Positions 40,131-55,543 of a stretch of 64,000 nucleotides of DNA are shown here, one piece after another (the first letter of the stretch is position 1; the number at the start of each line of letters is the position of its first letter). Source of the stretch: the human T2T-CHM13v2.0 reference genome, Homo sapiens; assembly GCF_009914755.1 (NCBI RefSeq), contig NC_060938.1. The stretch is one strand, 5' to 3'. The translations under genes were made by a program, and so were the position numbers. The notes under the pieces are model-generated. The model did not search any database. It was not told where the DNA came from and saw nothing but the letters and a program-made list of their open reading frames with translations.

Positions 40131-43100
40131 TGTTTTTGGTGTACTTTTTGATATTTTATGTACAGTATATAATATGTGTTTGGTGTACTTTTTGATATTT
40201 TATGTACAGTATATAATATGTATTTGGTGTACTATTCTATATTTTATGTACACTATCAATATGTATTTGGTGTCCTTTTTGATATGTTATGTACAGTATA
40301 TAATATGTATTAGGTGTACTTCTTGATATTTTATGTGCAGTATATAATAGGCATTGGTGTACTTTTGATATATTATGTACAGTATATAATATGTATTTGG
40401 TGTAATATTGATATTTTATGTAAAATATATAATATGTATTTGGTGGACTTTTTGATATTTTATATACAGTATATAATATGTATTTGGTGTACTTTGGTAT
40501 ATTATTTAAAGTATATAATATGTATTTGGTGTACTTTGATATTATATGTACAGTATATAATATGTACTTGTACTTTCATATTTTATGTACAGTATATAAT
40601 ATGTATTCGGTGTAGTTTGATATTTTATCCTCTTTTTATAATATATATTTGGTGTACTTTGATATTTTATGTACACTATACAGTATGTATTTGGCATACT
40701 TCGATATTTTTTGTACAGCATATAATATGTATTTTGTGGACTTTGATATTTTGTGTACAGCATATAATATGCATTTTGTGTACGTTGATATTTAATGTGC
40801 AATATATAATATGTATTTTGTGTACTTTGATATTGTATCTACAGTATCTAAAATGTATTTGGTGTACTTTGATATTTTATGTACAGTATATACTATGTAT
40901 TTGGTGTACTTTGATATTTTATGTACAGTATATAATATGTATTTGGTTTATTTTGATATTTTATGTACAGTATATATGTATTTGGTGAACTTTGATATTT
41001 TATGTACACTATATAATATGAATTTCTTGTATTTGACATTTTATGTACAGTATATAATAAGTATTTGTTGTATTTTTTGATATTTTATGTACAGTATATA
41101 ATATGTATTTGCTGTACTTTTTGATATTTTATGTAGAGTACATAATATGTATTTGTTGTAGTTTTTCATATTTTATGGACAATATATAATTTGTATTTGG
41201 TGTACTATTTCGTATTTTATGTACAGTATATAATATGTATTTGGTGTAGTAATTGACATTTTATGTACGGTATAATATATGTATTAGGTATAGTTTTTGA
41301 TATTTTTTGTACAGTATACAATATGTATTTGGTATAGTATTTGATATTTTATGTATGGTATACAATATGTATTTGGTGTACTTTTTGATATTTTATGTAC
41401 AGTATATAATATGTATTCGGTGTACTTTGATATTTTGTGTACAGTATATAATATATATTTTTTGTACTTTGATATTTTATGTACAGTATATAATATATAT
41501 GGTTTACATTTTGTTATTTTACATACAGTATATCATATGTATTGGTGTACTTTTTGATATTTTATGTACAGTATTTAATATGTATTTCATGTACTTATTG
41601 GTATTTTACATACAGTATATAATATGTATTTAGCGTGCTTTGATATTTTATGTACACTTTATAATATGTACTTGGTGTACTTTGATATTTTATGTACAGT
41701 ATACAATATGTATTTGGTGTACTTTCATATTTTATGTACAGTATATAATAAGTATTTGGTGTACTTTGATATTTTATTTACAGTATATAATATGAATTTG
41801 GCATACTTTGATATTTTACTTACAGTATGTAATATGTATTTTCTGTAGTTTGATATTTTTTGTACATTTTATATGTATTTTGTGTACACTGATTTTTTAT
41901 GTACATTATATAATATATATTTTGTGTACTTTGATATTATATGTACAGTATCTAAAATGTATTTGGTGTACTTTGTTATTTTATGTACAGTATACAATAA
42001 CTATTTGTTGTAATTTGTGATATTTTATGTACAGTATATAATATGTATTTGGTGTACTTTCATAATTCATTTACAATATATAATATATATTTGGTGTACT
42101 TTTTCATATTTTATTTACTGTATATAATATCTATTTGGTATACTATTTTATGTTTTATGTACAGAATATAATATGTATTTGGTGTACTTTTTGATATTTT
42201 ATGTACAGTATAATATATTTGTTTGGTGTAATTTCATATTTTATATACAGTGTATAATATGTATTTTGTGTACTACTTGGTATTTTATGTACAGTATAGA
42301 ATAAGTATTTGGTATACTTTTTGATACTATATGTACACTATGTAATATGTATTTTGTGTACTTTTTTATATTTTTTTGCAGTATATAATATATATTTGGT
42401 GTACTTTTTGATATTTTATGTACAGTATATAATAAGTATGTGTTGTAATTTGTGATATTTTATGTACATTATATTATATGTATTTGGTGTACTTTTGATA
42501 TTTTATGTACTGTATAAAATATATGTTTGGTGTACTTTTTGATATTTTATGCCGAGTATATACTATATATTTGATGTATTTTTTGATATTTTATGTACAG
42601 TATATAATATATATTTGGTGTACCTTTGGATATTTTATATACAGTATATAATATGTATTTCGTGTACATTATGATATGTTATGTACAGTATATAATATGT
42701 ATTTGGTGAAATTTTGGATATTTTATGTACAGTATATAATGTGTATTTGGTGTACTTTTGGTTATTTTATGTACAGTATGTAATATGTATTTGGAGTACT
42801 TTAGGATATTTTATGTACAGTATATCATATGTATTTGCTGTAGTTTTTGATATTTTATGTACAGTATATAATATTTATTTGGTGTACTTTTTGATATTTT
42901 ATGTACAGTTTACAATATGTATTTGGTGTACAATTTGATATTTTATGTACAGTATATAATATATATTTGGTTTACATTTTCATATTTTTTGTACAGTATA
43001 AAATATGTATTTGGTGTACTATTTGATAATTTATGTACAGTATATAATATGTATTTGGTGTACTTTTTCATATTTTATGAACAGCAGATAATATGTATTT

Positions 43101-46100
43101 TGTATAATTTTTGATATTTTATGTACAGAATATAATAGGTATTCGGTGTACTTTTTGACATTTTATGTACAGTATATAATATGTATTTAGTGTACTTTGA
43201 TAATTTATGTTGAGTATATAATATGTTTTTGGTGTATTTTTTGATATTTTATGTACATTATATAATATGTATTTGGTGTACTTTGATATTTTATGTACAG
43301 TATATAATATGAATTTTGTGTACTTTGATGTTTTATGTACAGTATATAATATGTATTTTGCATACTTTATTTTACCTGCAGTATATAATATGTATTCTGC
43401 GTACTTTGTTATTATGTGTACAGTATATAGTATGTATTTTGTGTACATTGATATTTTATGTAAAGTATATAATATGTATTTTATGTACTTTGATATTATA
43501 TGTACAGTATGTAAAATGAATTTGATGTACTTTGATTTTTTATATACAGTATATAATAAGTATTGTGTGAAATTTGATATTTTATGTACAATATACAATA
43601 TCTATTTGGTGTATATTTTATATTTTCTGTAAAGTATATAATATGTATTTGGTGTACTATTTGATATTTTATGTAGAGTATATAATATGTATTTGGTGTA
43701 TTTTTGATATTTTATGTACTGTATATAATATGTTTTTGGTGTACTTTTTGATGTTTTATGTACAGTATATAATATGTATTTGGTGTACTTTTTGATATTT
43801 TATGTACAGTATATAATATGTATTTGGCGGGCTTTGATATTTTACCTGCAGTATATAATATGTATTCTGTGTACTTTGATATTTTGTGTACAGTATATAA
43901 TATGATTTTTGTGTACTTTGATATTTTATGTACAGTAGATAATATTTATTTTGTGTATTTTGATATTTTACGTACAGTATTAAATATGTATTTGGTATGT
44001 TTTGATATTTTATGTATAGTATATAATATGTATTTGGTGTGCTTTGATATTTTTTGTACAGTATATAACACGTATTTGGTGTACTTTGATATTTTAAATA
44101 CAGTATATAATAGGCATTTTGTGTAGTTTGATATTTTGTGTATAGTATATAATATGTATTTTGTGTTCTTTGATATTTTATGTACTGTATATAATATGTC
44201 TCTTGTGTAATTTGTTATTTTATGTGCAGTATGTAAAATGTTTTAGGTGTACATTGATATTTTATGTACAGTATATAATAGGTAATTTCTGTGTTTTGAT
44301 ATTTTATATACAGTATACAATATATATTTGGTGTACTTTTTGATATTTTATGTACATTAAATAGCATGTATCTGGTATACATTTTGTTATTTTATGTACA
44401 GTATAAGAAATGTATTTGGTGCACATTTTGATATTTTATGTACAGTATATAATATGTATTTGGTAGTAATTGTTGATATTTTATATACAGTATATAATAT
44501 GTAATTGGTGTACATATTGATATTTTATTTACAGTATATAATATGTATTTGGTGTACTTTGATGTTTTATGTCCAGTATATAATATGTATCTGATGTACT
44601 TTCATATTTTATGTACAGTATATAATGTGTATTTGGTGTACTTTGATATTTTATGTACAGTATATAATATGTATTTGGTGTAATTTGTTATTTTATATAC
44701 AGTATATAATATGAATTTTGTGTACTTTGATATTTTGTGTACAGTATATTATATGTATTATGTGTACTTTGATATTTTGTGTACAGTATATAATACGTAA
44801 ATGGTGTACTTTGATATTTTATATACAGTATATAATATATATTTGGTGTACTTTTTGATATTTTATGTGCAGTATTTACTATGTATTTGGTGTACTTTTT
44901 GATATTTTATGTACAGTATATAATATGTATTTTGGGTACTTTTTGATATTTTATATACAGTATATAATATGTGTTTGGTGTACTTTGATATTTTATGTAC
45001 AGTATATGATATAAATTTGGTGTACTTTTTGATATTTTATGTGGAGTATATAATATAAATTTGGTGTACATTTGGATATTTTATGTACAGTATATAATAT
45101 GTATTTCGTGTACTTTTTGATATTTTACGTACAGTATATAATGTGTATTTGGTGCAGTTTTTGATATTTAATGTACGGTATATAGTATGTGTTTGGCGTA
45201 GTTTTGATATTTTATGTAAGGTATACAATATGTGTTTCGAGTAGTTTTTGATATTTTACGTACAGTATATAATATGTATTTGGTGTAATTTGATACTTTC
45301 CATTCAGTATAAAATATTTATTCTGTTTACTTTGATCTTTTGTGTACAGTATATAGTATGTGTTTGTGTAGTTTCATATTTTAAGTACGGTATATATTAT
45401 GTCTTTTGTGTACTTTGATATTTTATATAGAGTATACAAAATGTATTTGGTGTACCTTGATATTTTATGCACAGTATATAATAGGTGTTTTGTGTAGTTT
45501 GATATTTTATGTACAGTATATAATATATATTGGTGTACTTTTTGATATTTTATGTACAGTAAATAATATGTATTTGGTGTACTTTTTGATATTTTATGTG
45601 CACTTTATAATATGAATTTGGTGTACTGTTTGATATTTTATGTACAGTATATAATATCTATTTGGTGTACTTTGATATTTTACGTACAAAATATAATATG
45701 TATTTGGAGTACATTGATATTTTGTATTCAGTATATAATATGTGTTTTATGTACTTTGATATTTTATGTACAGTATATAATATTTATTTGGTGTAATTTG
45801 ATATTTTATGTACAGTATATAATATGTATTTGGTGTACTTTGGTATTTTATGTACAGTATATAATGTATTTGGTGTACTCTGATATTTTATGTACAGTAT
45901 GTAACTTGTAATTAGTGCACTTTCATATTTTACATACAGCATAAAATATGTATTTTGTGTAGTTTGATATTTTGTGTACAGTATATAATCTGTATTTTGT
46001 GTACTTTGATATTTTTTGTACCGTATATAATATGTCTTTTGTGTACTTTGATATTTTATGTACACTATATAAAATGTATTTGGTGTACATTGATATTTTA

Positions 46101-49100
46101 TATACAGTATATAATATGTATTTTGTGTAATTTGATATTTTGAGTAGAGTATATAATATATATTTGTTGCAGTACATATTTTCTGTACAGTATATTATAT
46201 ATATTTTGTGTACTTTTTGATATTTTACTTACAGTATATAATATGTATTTGGTGTACTTTTTGGTATTTTATGTACAGTATATAATATGTATTTCGTGTA
46301 ATTTGATATTTTATGCACTGTATATAATATGTATTTAGTGTACTTTTTGATATTTTATGTACATTATATAATCTGTATTTGGTGTACTTTGATATTTTAT
46401 GTACATTATATAATACGTATTTGGTGCACTTTTTGATATTGTATATACAGTATATAGTATGTATTTGGGGTAATTATTGATATTTTATGTAGAGTATATA
46501 ATATGTATTTGGTGTACTTTGATATTTTATGTACAGTATATAATACGAATTTTGAGTAGATTGATATTTTATGTACAGTATATAATATGTATTTGGTGTA
46601 CTTTGATATTTTATGTACATTATGTAATATATATGTGCTGTACTTTTTGATATTTTATGTACAGTATATAATAGGTATTTGGTGTACTTTTTGATATTTT
46701 ATGTACAGTATATAGTATGTGTTTGGGGCACTATTCTATATTTTATGTACAGTATAAAATATGAATCTGGTGTACTTTTTGATATTTTATGTACAGTATA
46801 TACTATGTATTTTGTATACATTTGCATATTTTTTGTACAGTATATAATATGTATTTGGTGTACTTTATGATATTTTATGTACAGTATATAATATGCATTT
46901 GGTGTTCTTTTTGATATTTTATGTTCAGTATATAATATGTATTTGGTGCACTTGTTGATATTTTAAGCACAGTATGTAATATGTAGTTGGTGCACTTTTT
47001 GGTATTTTATGTACAGTATATAATATGTATTTGTTGTAGTTTTTGATATTTTATATACAGTATATAATGTGTATTTGGTGTACTTTTTGAAATTTGATGT
47101 ATAGTATATAATGTGTATTTGGTGTACTTTTTGATATTTTATGTCCAGTATATAATATGTATTTGGTGTACTTTAATAATTTATGTACACTATATAATAC
47201 ATATTTGGTGTACCTTTTGACATTTTATGTACAGTACATAATATATATTTGGTGCACTTTTTGATGCTTTATGTAAGTATAAAATATGTATAAGGTGTAC
47301 ATTTGATATTTTATGTACAGTATATTATATGCATTTGGTCTACTTTGATATTTTATGTACAGTATATAATATGTACTTGGTGTACTTTGATATTTTTTGT
47401 ACAGTATATAACATGTATTTTGTGTACTTTGATATTTTCTGTACAGTATACAATATGTATTTTGTGTACATTGATATTTTATGTGCAGTATAAAATATAT
47501 ATTTTGTATAGTTTGATATTTTATGTACAGTATATAATATGTGTTTGGTGTACTTTGATATTTTATGTAGAGTAAATAATATGTATTTGCTGTACATTGG
47601 TATTTTATGTACAGTATAAAATATGTATTTGGGGTACTTTGATATTTTATGTTCAGTATATAATATATATTTGGTGTACTTTGAAATTTTATGTATGGTA
47701 TATAATATGTATTTTGTGTAGTTTGTTATTTTATTTACAGTATATAATGTATATTTTGCGTACTTTGATATTTTATGTACAGTATATAATATATTTTCTG
47801 TTCTTTGATATTTTATGTACGGTAGGTAATATGTAATTTGGGTACTTTGATACTTTATGTACAGTAGATTAAATGTATTTCTTATAATTTCATATTTTGT
47901 GTAAAATAGTTAATATGTATTTCCTGTCCTTTGATATTTTATGTGCAGTAGATAATGTGTATTACATGTACTTTGATTTTTTACATACAGTATATAATAT
48001 GTATTTGGTGTACTATTTGATATTTTATGTACAGTATATACTATGTATTTGGTGTACTTTTTGATATTTTATGTACAGTATATAATATGTATTTGGTGTA
48101 CTTTGATATTTTATGTACACTATATAATATGTATTTTGTGCGCTTTGATATTTTATGTACAGCATATAAAATGTATTTGGTGTTCTTTGATATTTTAAGT
48201 ACAGTATATAATAAGTTTTTGGTGTACTTTGATATTTTATGTATGTATCTAATATATATTTGGTGTACTTTTTGTTATTTTATGTACAGTATATAATATG
48301 TATTTGTGTACTTTTTGATATTTTATGTACAGTATATAGTACGTATTGGGTGTACTTTTTGATATTTTTTGAACAGTATATGTATTTGGTGTAGTTTGAT
48401 ATTATATGTACAGCATATAATATGCACTTATTGTACTTTGATATTTTTTGTACAGTATTTAATATGTTTTTGGTGTACTTTGATATTTTTTGTGCATTAT
48501 ATAATATGGATTTCTTGTACTTTGATAGTTTATGTACAGTATATCATATATATTTGCTGTACTTTGATATATTATGTACAGTATATAATATATATTTGGG
48601 TTCCTTGATATTTTATGTACAGAATATATTATGTATTTGGTGTATTTGCATATTTTATGTACAGTATATAATATGTATTTGGTGTACTATTTGATAATTT
48701 ATGTACAGTATATAATATGTATCTGTACTTTTTCATATTTTATATACAGTATATAATATGTATTTTCTGTACTGTTTGATATTTTATATACAGTATATAA
48801 TATGTATTTGGTGTACTTTTTGATATTTTATGTACAGTATATAATATATATTTGGTGAACTTTTTCATATTTTATGTACAGTATATAATATGCATTTGGT
48901 GAACTTTGTTATTTTATGTACAGTATATAATATGTATGTGGTGTACTTTGATATTTTATGTACAGTATATAATGTGTATTTGGTTTACTTTGATATTTTT
49001 TCAATATATAATATATATTGGGTGTACTTTGATATTTTATGTACAGTATATAATGTGTATTTGGTGTTCTTTGCTATTTTATCTACAGTATATAATATAT

Positions 49101-52100
49101 ATTTTGTGTACTTTGATGTTTTGTATACAGTGTATAATATGTATTTTGTGTATTTTGAAATTTCATGTACAGAATATCATATGTATTTTGTGTACTTTGA
49201 TATTTTTTGTAGAGTATACAATATGTATTTGGTGTACTTTTGGATATTTTACGTACAGTATATAATATGTATTTCGTGCAATTTGTATATTTTATGTACT
49301 GTATATTTTATGTATATGGTGTAGTTTTTGATATTTTATGTGCTGTATATAATATGTATTATGTGTACTTTTTGATATTTCTTGTACAGTATATAATGTG
49401 TATTTGGTGTACTTTTTGATATTTTATGTACAGTATATAATGTGTTTTTGGTGTACTGTTTGATATTTTATGTAAAGTATAAAATATGTATGTGGCATAA
49501 TCTCATATTTTATGTAGAGTATATATTAAGTATTTGGAGTATTTTAATATTTTATGTACAGTATATAATATATATTTGCTGTACCTTATTTTATGTACAG
49601 TATATAATACATAATTGGTGTACTTTTTGATAATTTATGTACAGTATATAATATGTAATTTTTGTACTTTTTGATATTTTATGTACAGTATATAATATGT
49701 ATTTCGTGTACTTTTTGATATTTTATGTACAGAATGTAATACGTATTTCATGTACTTTTGGATATTTTACGTACAGTATATAATATGTATGTGGTGTAGT
49801 TTTTTATATTTTATGTACAGTATATAATATGTATTTGGTGTACTTTTTGATATTTCATGTACAGTATATAATGTGTATTTGATGTACTTTTTGATATTTT
49901 ATGTACAGTATATAAATGTGTATTTGGTGTGCTGTTTCATATTTTAAGTACAGTATATAAAATGTATTTGGTGTACTTTGATATTTCATCTACAATATAT
50001 AATATGTATTTGGAGTACTTTGATATTTTATGTACAGTATATAATATGTATTGGCTGTACTTTGATATTTTACGTAAAGTATATAATATGTATTGGGTGA
50101 ACTTTGATATTTAATGTACATTATATAACATGCATTGGGTGTACTTTGATATTTTTTGAATATATAATATATATTGGGTGTACTTTTTGCTATTTTATGT
50201 ATAGTATATAATATGTATTGGATGTATTTTCATATTATATGTACAGTATATAGTATGTATTGTGTGTACTATTTGATATCATATCTACAGTATATAATAT
50301 GTATTTGGTGTTCTTTTTGATATATTATATACAGTATATAATATGTATTTGGTGTAATTTTTGGTATTTTATATATAGTATATAGTATGTATTTGGTGTA
50401 GTTTTTGACATTTTATGTACAATCTATAATATGTATTTTGTGTACTTTTTGATATTTAATATACTGAATATAATATGCATTTTGTGTACTTTTTGTTATT
50501 TTATGTACAGTATATAATGTATTTGGTGTACTGTTTGATATTTTATGTACAGTGTATAATATGTATTTGGTGTACTTTGATATTTTATGTACACTATATA
50601 ATATGTATTGGGTGTACTTTGATATTTTATGTACAGTATATAATATGTATTTGGTGTACTTTAAAATTTTTCATACAGTGTATAATAAGTATTTTGTGTA
50701 TTTTGATATTTTTTGTACAGTATATAATATGTATTTTATGTAATTTGATATTTAGTGTATAGTATATAATATCTACTTTGTGTACTTTGGTATATTATGT
50801 ACAGTATATAATATGTATTTTGTGTGCTTTGATATTTTATGTACAGCATATAAAATGTATTTGGTGTACTTTGATATTTTAAGTATTTTAAGTATATATA
50901 ATATGTTTTTGGTGTACTTTGATATTTTATGTATGGGATATAATATATATTTGGTGTACTTTTTGTTATTTTATGTATGGTATATAATATGTATTGGTGT
51001 ACTTTCTGATATATTATATACAGTATATAGTATGTATTGGGTGTTCTTTTTGATATTTTTTGAACAGTATATAATATGTATTGGGTGTAGTTTGATATTT
51101 TATGTACAGTATATAATATGTATTTGTTGTACTTTGATATTTTTTGTACAGTATTTAATATGTATTTGGTGTACTTTGATATTTAATGTACAGTACATAA
51201 TAAGTATTTCTTGTACTTTGATAGTTTATGTACAGTATATCATATATATTTGCTGTACTTTCATATTTTATGTACAGTATATAATATATATTTGGAGTTC
51301 TTTGATATTTTATATACAGTATATATTATGTATTTGGTGTATTTGGATATTTTATGTACAGTATATAATATTTATTTGGTGTACTATTAAATAATTTATG
51401 TACAGTATATAATATGTATTTGTTGTACTTATTCATATTTTATATACAGTATGTAATATGTATATTCTGTACTTTTTGATATTTTATGTACAGTATATAA
51501 TATGTATTTGGTGTACTTTTGATATTTTATGTACTGTATATAATATGTATTTGGTGTTCTTTTGATATTTTGTGTACAGTATATAATATGCATTTGGTGT
51601 ACTATTTGATATTTTATGTACACTATATAACATGTATTTGGTGTAGTTTTTGATATTTTATGTACAGTATATAATATGTATTTGGTGTACTTTTTGATAT
51701 TTTATGTACAGAATATAATATGTATTTGGTGTACTTTTTGATATTTTATGTGCAGAATATAATATGTATTTGGAGTACTTTTTGATATTTTATGTACAGT
51801 AAATAATATGTATTTGTTGTACTTTTTGATATTTTATGTACAGTATATAATATGTATTAGGTGAACTTTTTGATATTTTATGTACAGTATATAATATGTA
51901 TTTCATGTATTTTGGTATTTTATGTACAGTATACAATATGTATATGGTGTACTTTTTGATAGTTTATATACAGTATATAATCTGTATTTGGTACTTTGAT
52001 AATTTATGTACAGTATATAATACGTATTTTGTGTACTTTGATATTTTATGTACATTATATAATACGTATTTTGTGTACTTTGATATTTTCTGTACTGTAT

Positions 52101-55100
52101 ATAATATGTATTTTGTGTAATTTCATATTTTATGTACAGTATGTAATATTTATTTTGAGTACTTTGATATTTTATGTGCAGTATATAATATGTATTTTGT
52201 GTACTTTGATATTTTAAGAGAAATATATTATATATTTTGTGTACTTTGATATTTTTTGTACATTATATAATATGTATTTGTTGTACTTTGATAGTTTAGG
52301 TACAGTATATAATATATATTTGGTGTAGTTTGATATTTTATGTACAGTATATAATACATTTGGGGTTCTTTGATATTTTATGTACAGTATGTATGATGTA
52401 TTTGGTGTTTTTGGATATTTTATGTACAGTATATAATATGTTTTTCGTGTAGTTTGATATTTTATCTACACCATATAGTATGTACTTCGTATACTTTGAT
52501 ATTTTATGTACAGTATATAATATGTATGTGGTGTACTTTGATATTTTATGTACAGTATATAATATGTATTTGGTGTTATTTGCTATTTTATCTACAGTAT
52601 ATGATACGTAATTGGTGTACTTTAATATTTTATGTACAGTATATAATAAGTATTTGGTGCAATTTGATATTTTATATTCTTTATATAATATATATTTTGT
52701 GTACTTTGATTTTTGTGTACAGTGTGTAATATGTATTTTGTGTACTTTTATATTTTATGTACAGAGTATAATATGTATTTTGTGTACATTGATACTTTAT
52801 GTACAGTGTATAATATATATTTCGTGTGCATTTTTATATTTTTTATACAGTATATAATATGTATTTGGTGAACTTTTTGATATTATATGTGCAGTATATA
52901 ATAGGTATTTGGTGAACTTTTTCATATTTTATTTACAGTATATAATGTGTATATGGTGTTCTTTTGATATTTTATGTACAGTGTATAATATGTATTTTTG
53001 TAGTTTTTGAGATTTTATATAGAGTATATAATATGTATTTGGTGTACTTTTCGATATTTTATATACAGAATATAATATGTATTTTGTGTACTCTTTGATA
53101 TTTTATGTACAGTATATAATACGTATTTGGTGTACTTTGATATTTTATGTACAGTATATAATATGTATTTGGTGTACTTTGATATTTTATGTACAGTGTA
53201 TAATATGAATTTGGTGTACTTTGATGTTTTACTTACAGTATATAATATGTAATTGGAGTACTTTGATATTTTATGTACAGTACATAATATGTATTTTGTG
53301 TACTTTGATATTTTATGTACAGTATATAACATGTATTTGGTGTAATTTGATATTTTATCTACAGTATATAATATGTATTTTGTGTACTTTGATATTTCAT
53401 GTACAATATATAATATATATTAAGCGTACTTTGATATTTTATGTGCAGTATATAACTTATTTTGTGTACTTTGATATTTGTTGTACAGTATGTAATATAT
53501 ATTTGGTGTACTTTGATATTTTTTGTACAGTATATAATATATATTTCGGGTATTTTGATATTTTACATACAGTATATATTATATATTTCCTGTACTTTGA
53601 TATTTTATGTACAGTATATAATATGTATTTTGTGTACTTTGATATTTTGTGTACAGTATATAATATGTATTTGGTGTACTTTGATATTTTATGTACAGTA
53701 AGTAAAATGTATTTGGTGTACTTTGATATTTTATGTACAACAAGTAATATGTATCTGGTGTTCTTTGATATTTTATGTACGGTATATAATATGTATCTGG
53801 TTTACCTTGATATTTTATATATAGTAAATAATATGTATCGGGTGTACTTTGATATTTTATGTACACTAAACAATATGTTTCTGGTGTGCTTTGATATTTT
53901 ATGTACAGTATATAATATGTATTTGGTGTACTTTGATATTTTATGTACAGTATGTAATATGTATTTGGTGTACTTTGATATTTTATGTACAGTATGTAAT
54001 ATGTATTTGGTGTACTTTGATATTTTATGTACAGTATGTAATATGTATTTGGTGTATTTTGATATTTTATGTACAGTACATAATATGTATTTGCTGTACT
54101 TTTTCATATTTTATGTACAATATATAATATGTATTTGGTGTACTATATGATATTTTATGTACAGTATATAATATGTACTTGGTGTATTTTTGATATTTTA
54201 TGTACTGTATATAATATGTATTTGGTGTACTTTTTGATATTTTATGTACAGTATTTAATATATATTTGGTGTACTTTTTGATATTTTATGTACAGTATAA
54301 AATATGTATTTGGTGTACTTTTTGATATTTTATATACAGCATATAATTTGTATTTGGTGTACAATTTGATATTTTATATACAGCATATAATATGTATTTG
54401 GTGTGCTTTTTGATATTTTACATGCAGTATATAATATGTATTTGGTGTACTTTTTGATATTTTATTTATAGTATATAGTGTATTCTATTTTCTTTGATAT
54501 TTTATGTACAGTATATAATATGTATTAGGTGTACTTTGATATTTTTTTACAGTATATATGTATGATGTACTTTGATATTTTATGTACAGTATATTATATG
54601 TATTTCATGTACTTTGATATTTTATGTACGGTATATAATATATATTTTTGTACTTTTATATTTTAAGTACAGTATATAATATATATTTAGTGTACTTTGA
54701 TATTTTATATACAGTATATAATATATATTTTGTGTACTTTGATATTTTGTGTACTTTTTGATATTTGTTGTACAATTTATAATGTGTATTTGGTGTACTT
54801 TTTGATGTTTTATGTACAGTATATAATATGTATTCTGTCTACCTTTTGATATTTTATGTACAGTATATAATATGCATTTCACGTTCTTTAATATTTTATC
54901 TACAATATATTTGTTTTGCATATTTTGGTATTTTACGTACAGTATATAATATGTATTTCGTGTACTTTCGTATTTTATGTACAGTATATAATATGTATTT
55001 CGTGTACTTTGGTATTTTAGGTACAGTATATAATATGTATTTTGTGTACTTTGATATTTTATGTACAGTATATAATATGTATTTTGTGCCCTTTGTTATT

Positions 55101-55543
55101 TTATGTACAGTATATCATATATTTTGTGTACTTTGATATTTTATATACAGTATATCATATATATTTTGTGTACTTCGATATTTCTTTACAGTATCTAATA
55201 TATATTTTGTGTATTTTGATATTTTATGTACAGTATATAATATATATTTTGTGTATTTTGATATTTTCTCTGTAGTATATAATATATATTTTTCATACTT
55301 TGATATTTTATGTACTGTATATAATATGTATTTCATGTACTTTGGTATTTTATGTACAGTATATAATATGTATTTCGTGTACTTTGGTATTTTATATACA
55401 GTATATAATATGTATTTCGTGTACTTTGATATTTTATGTACTGTGTTTAATATGTATTTCACATTCTTGATATTTTATGTACAGTATATAATACGTATTT
55501 CACATACTTTGATATTTTATGTACAGTATATAATATGTGTTTT
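40131..55543. repeat. HSat1A (classical satellite I / SAR)-like AT-rich tandem array, 42-bp unit with 44-bp variants, about 360 units
   Basis: Unit tattttatGTACagtatataatatgtatttggtGTACtttga (42 bp); the two RsaI sites are spaced 25+17 bp, matching the classical A/B subunits of human satellite I. One orientation throughout. Confidence 0.93.

Noticed and set aside
40131-55543. CRISPR-like regular short repeats
   Set aside because: Head-to-tail tandem units with no unique spacers, no cas genes and a primate genomic context.
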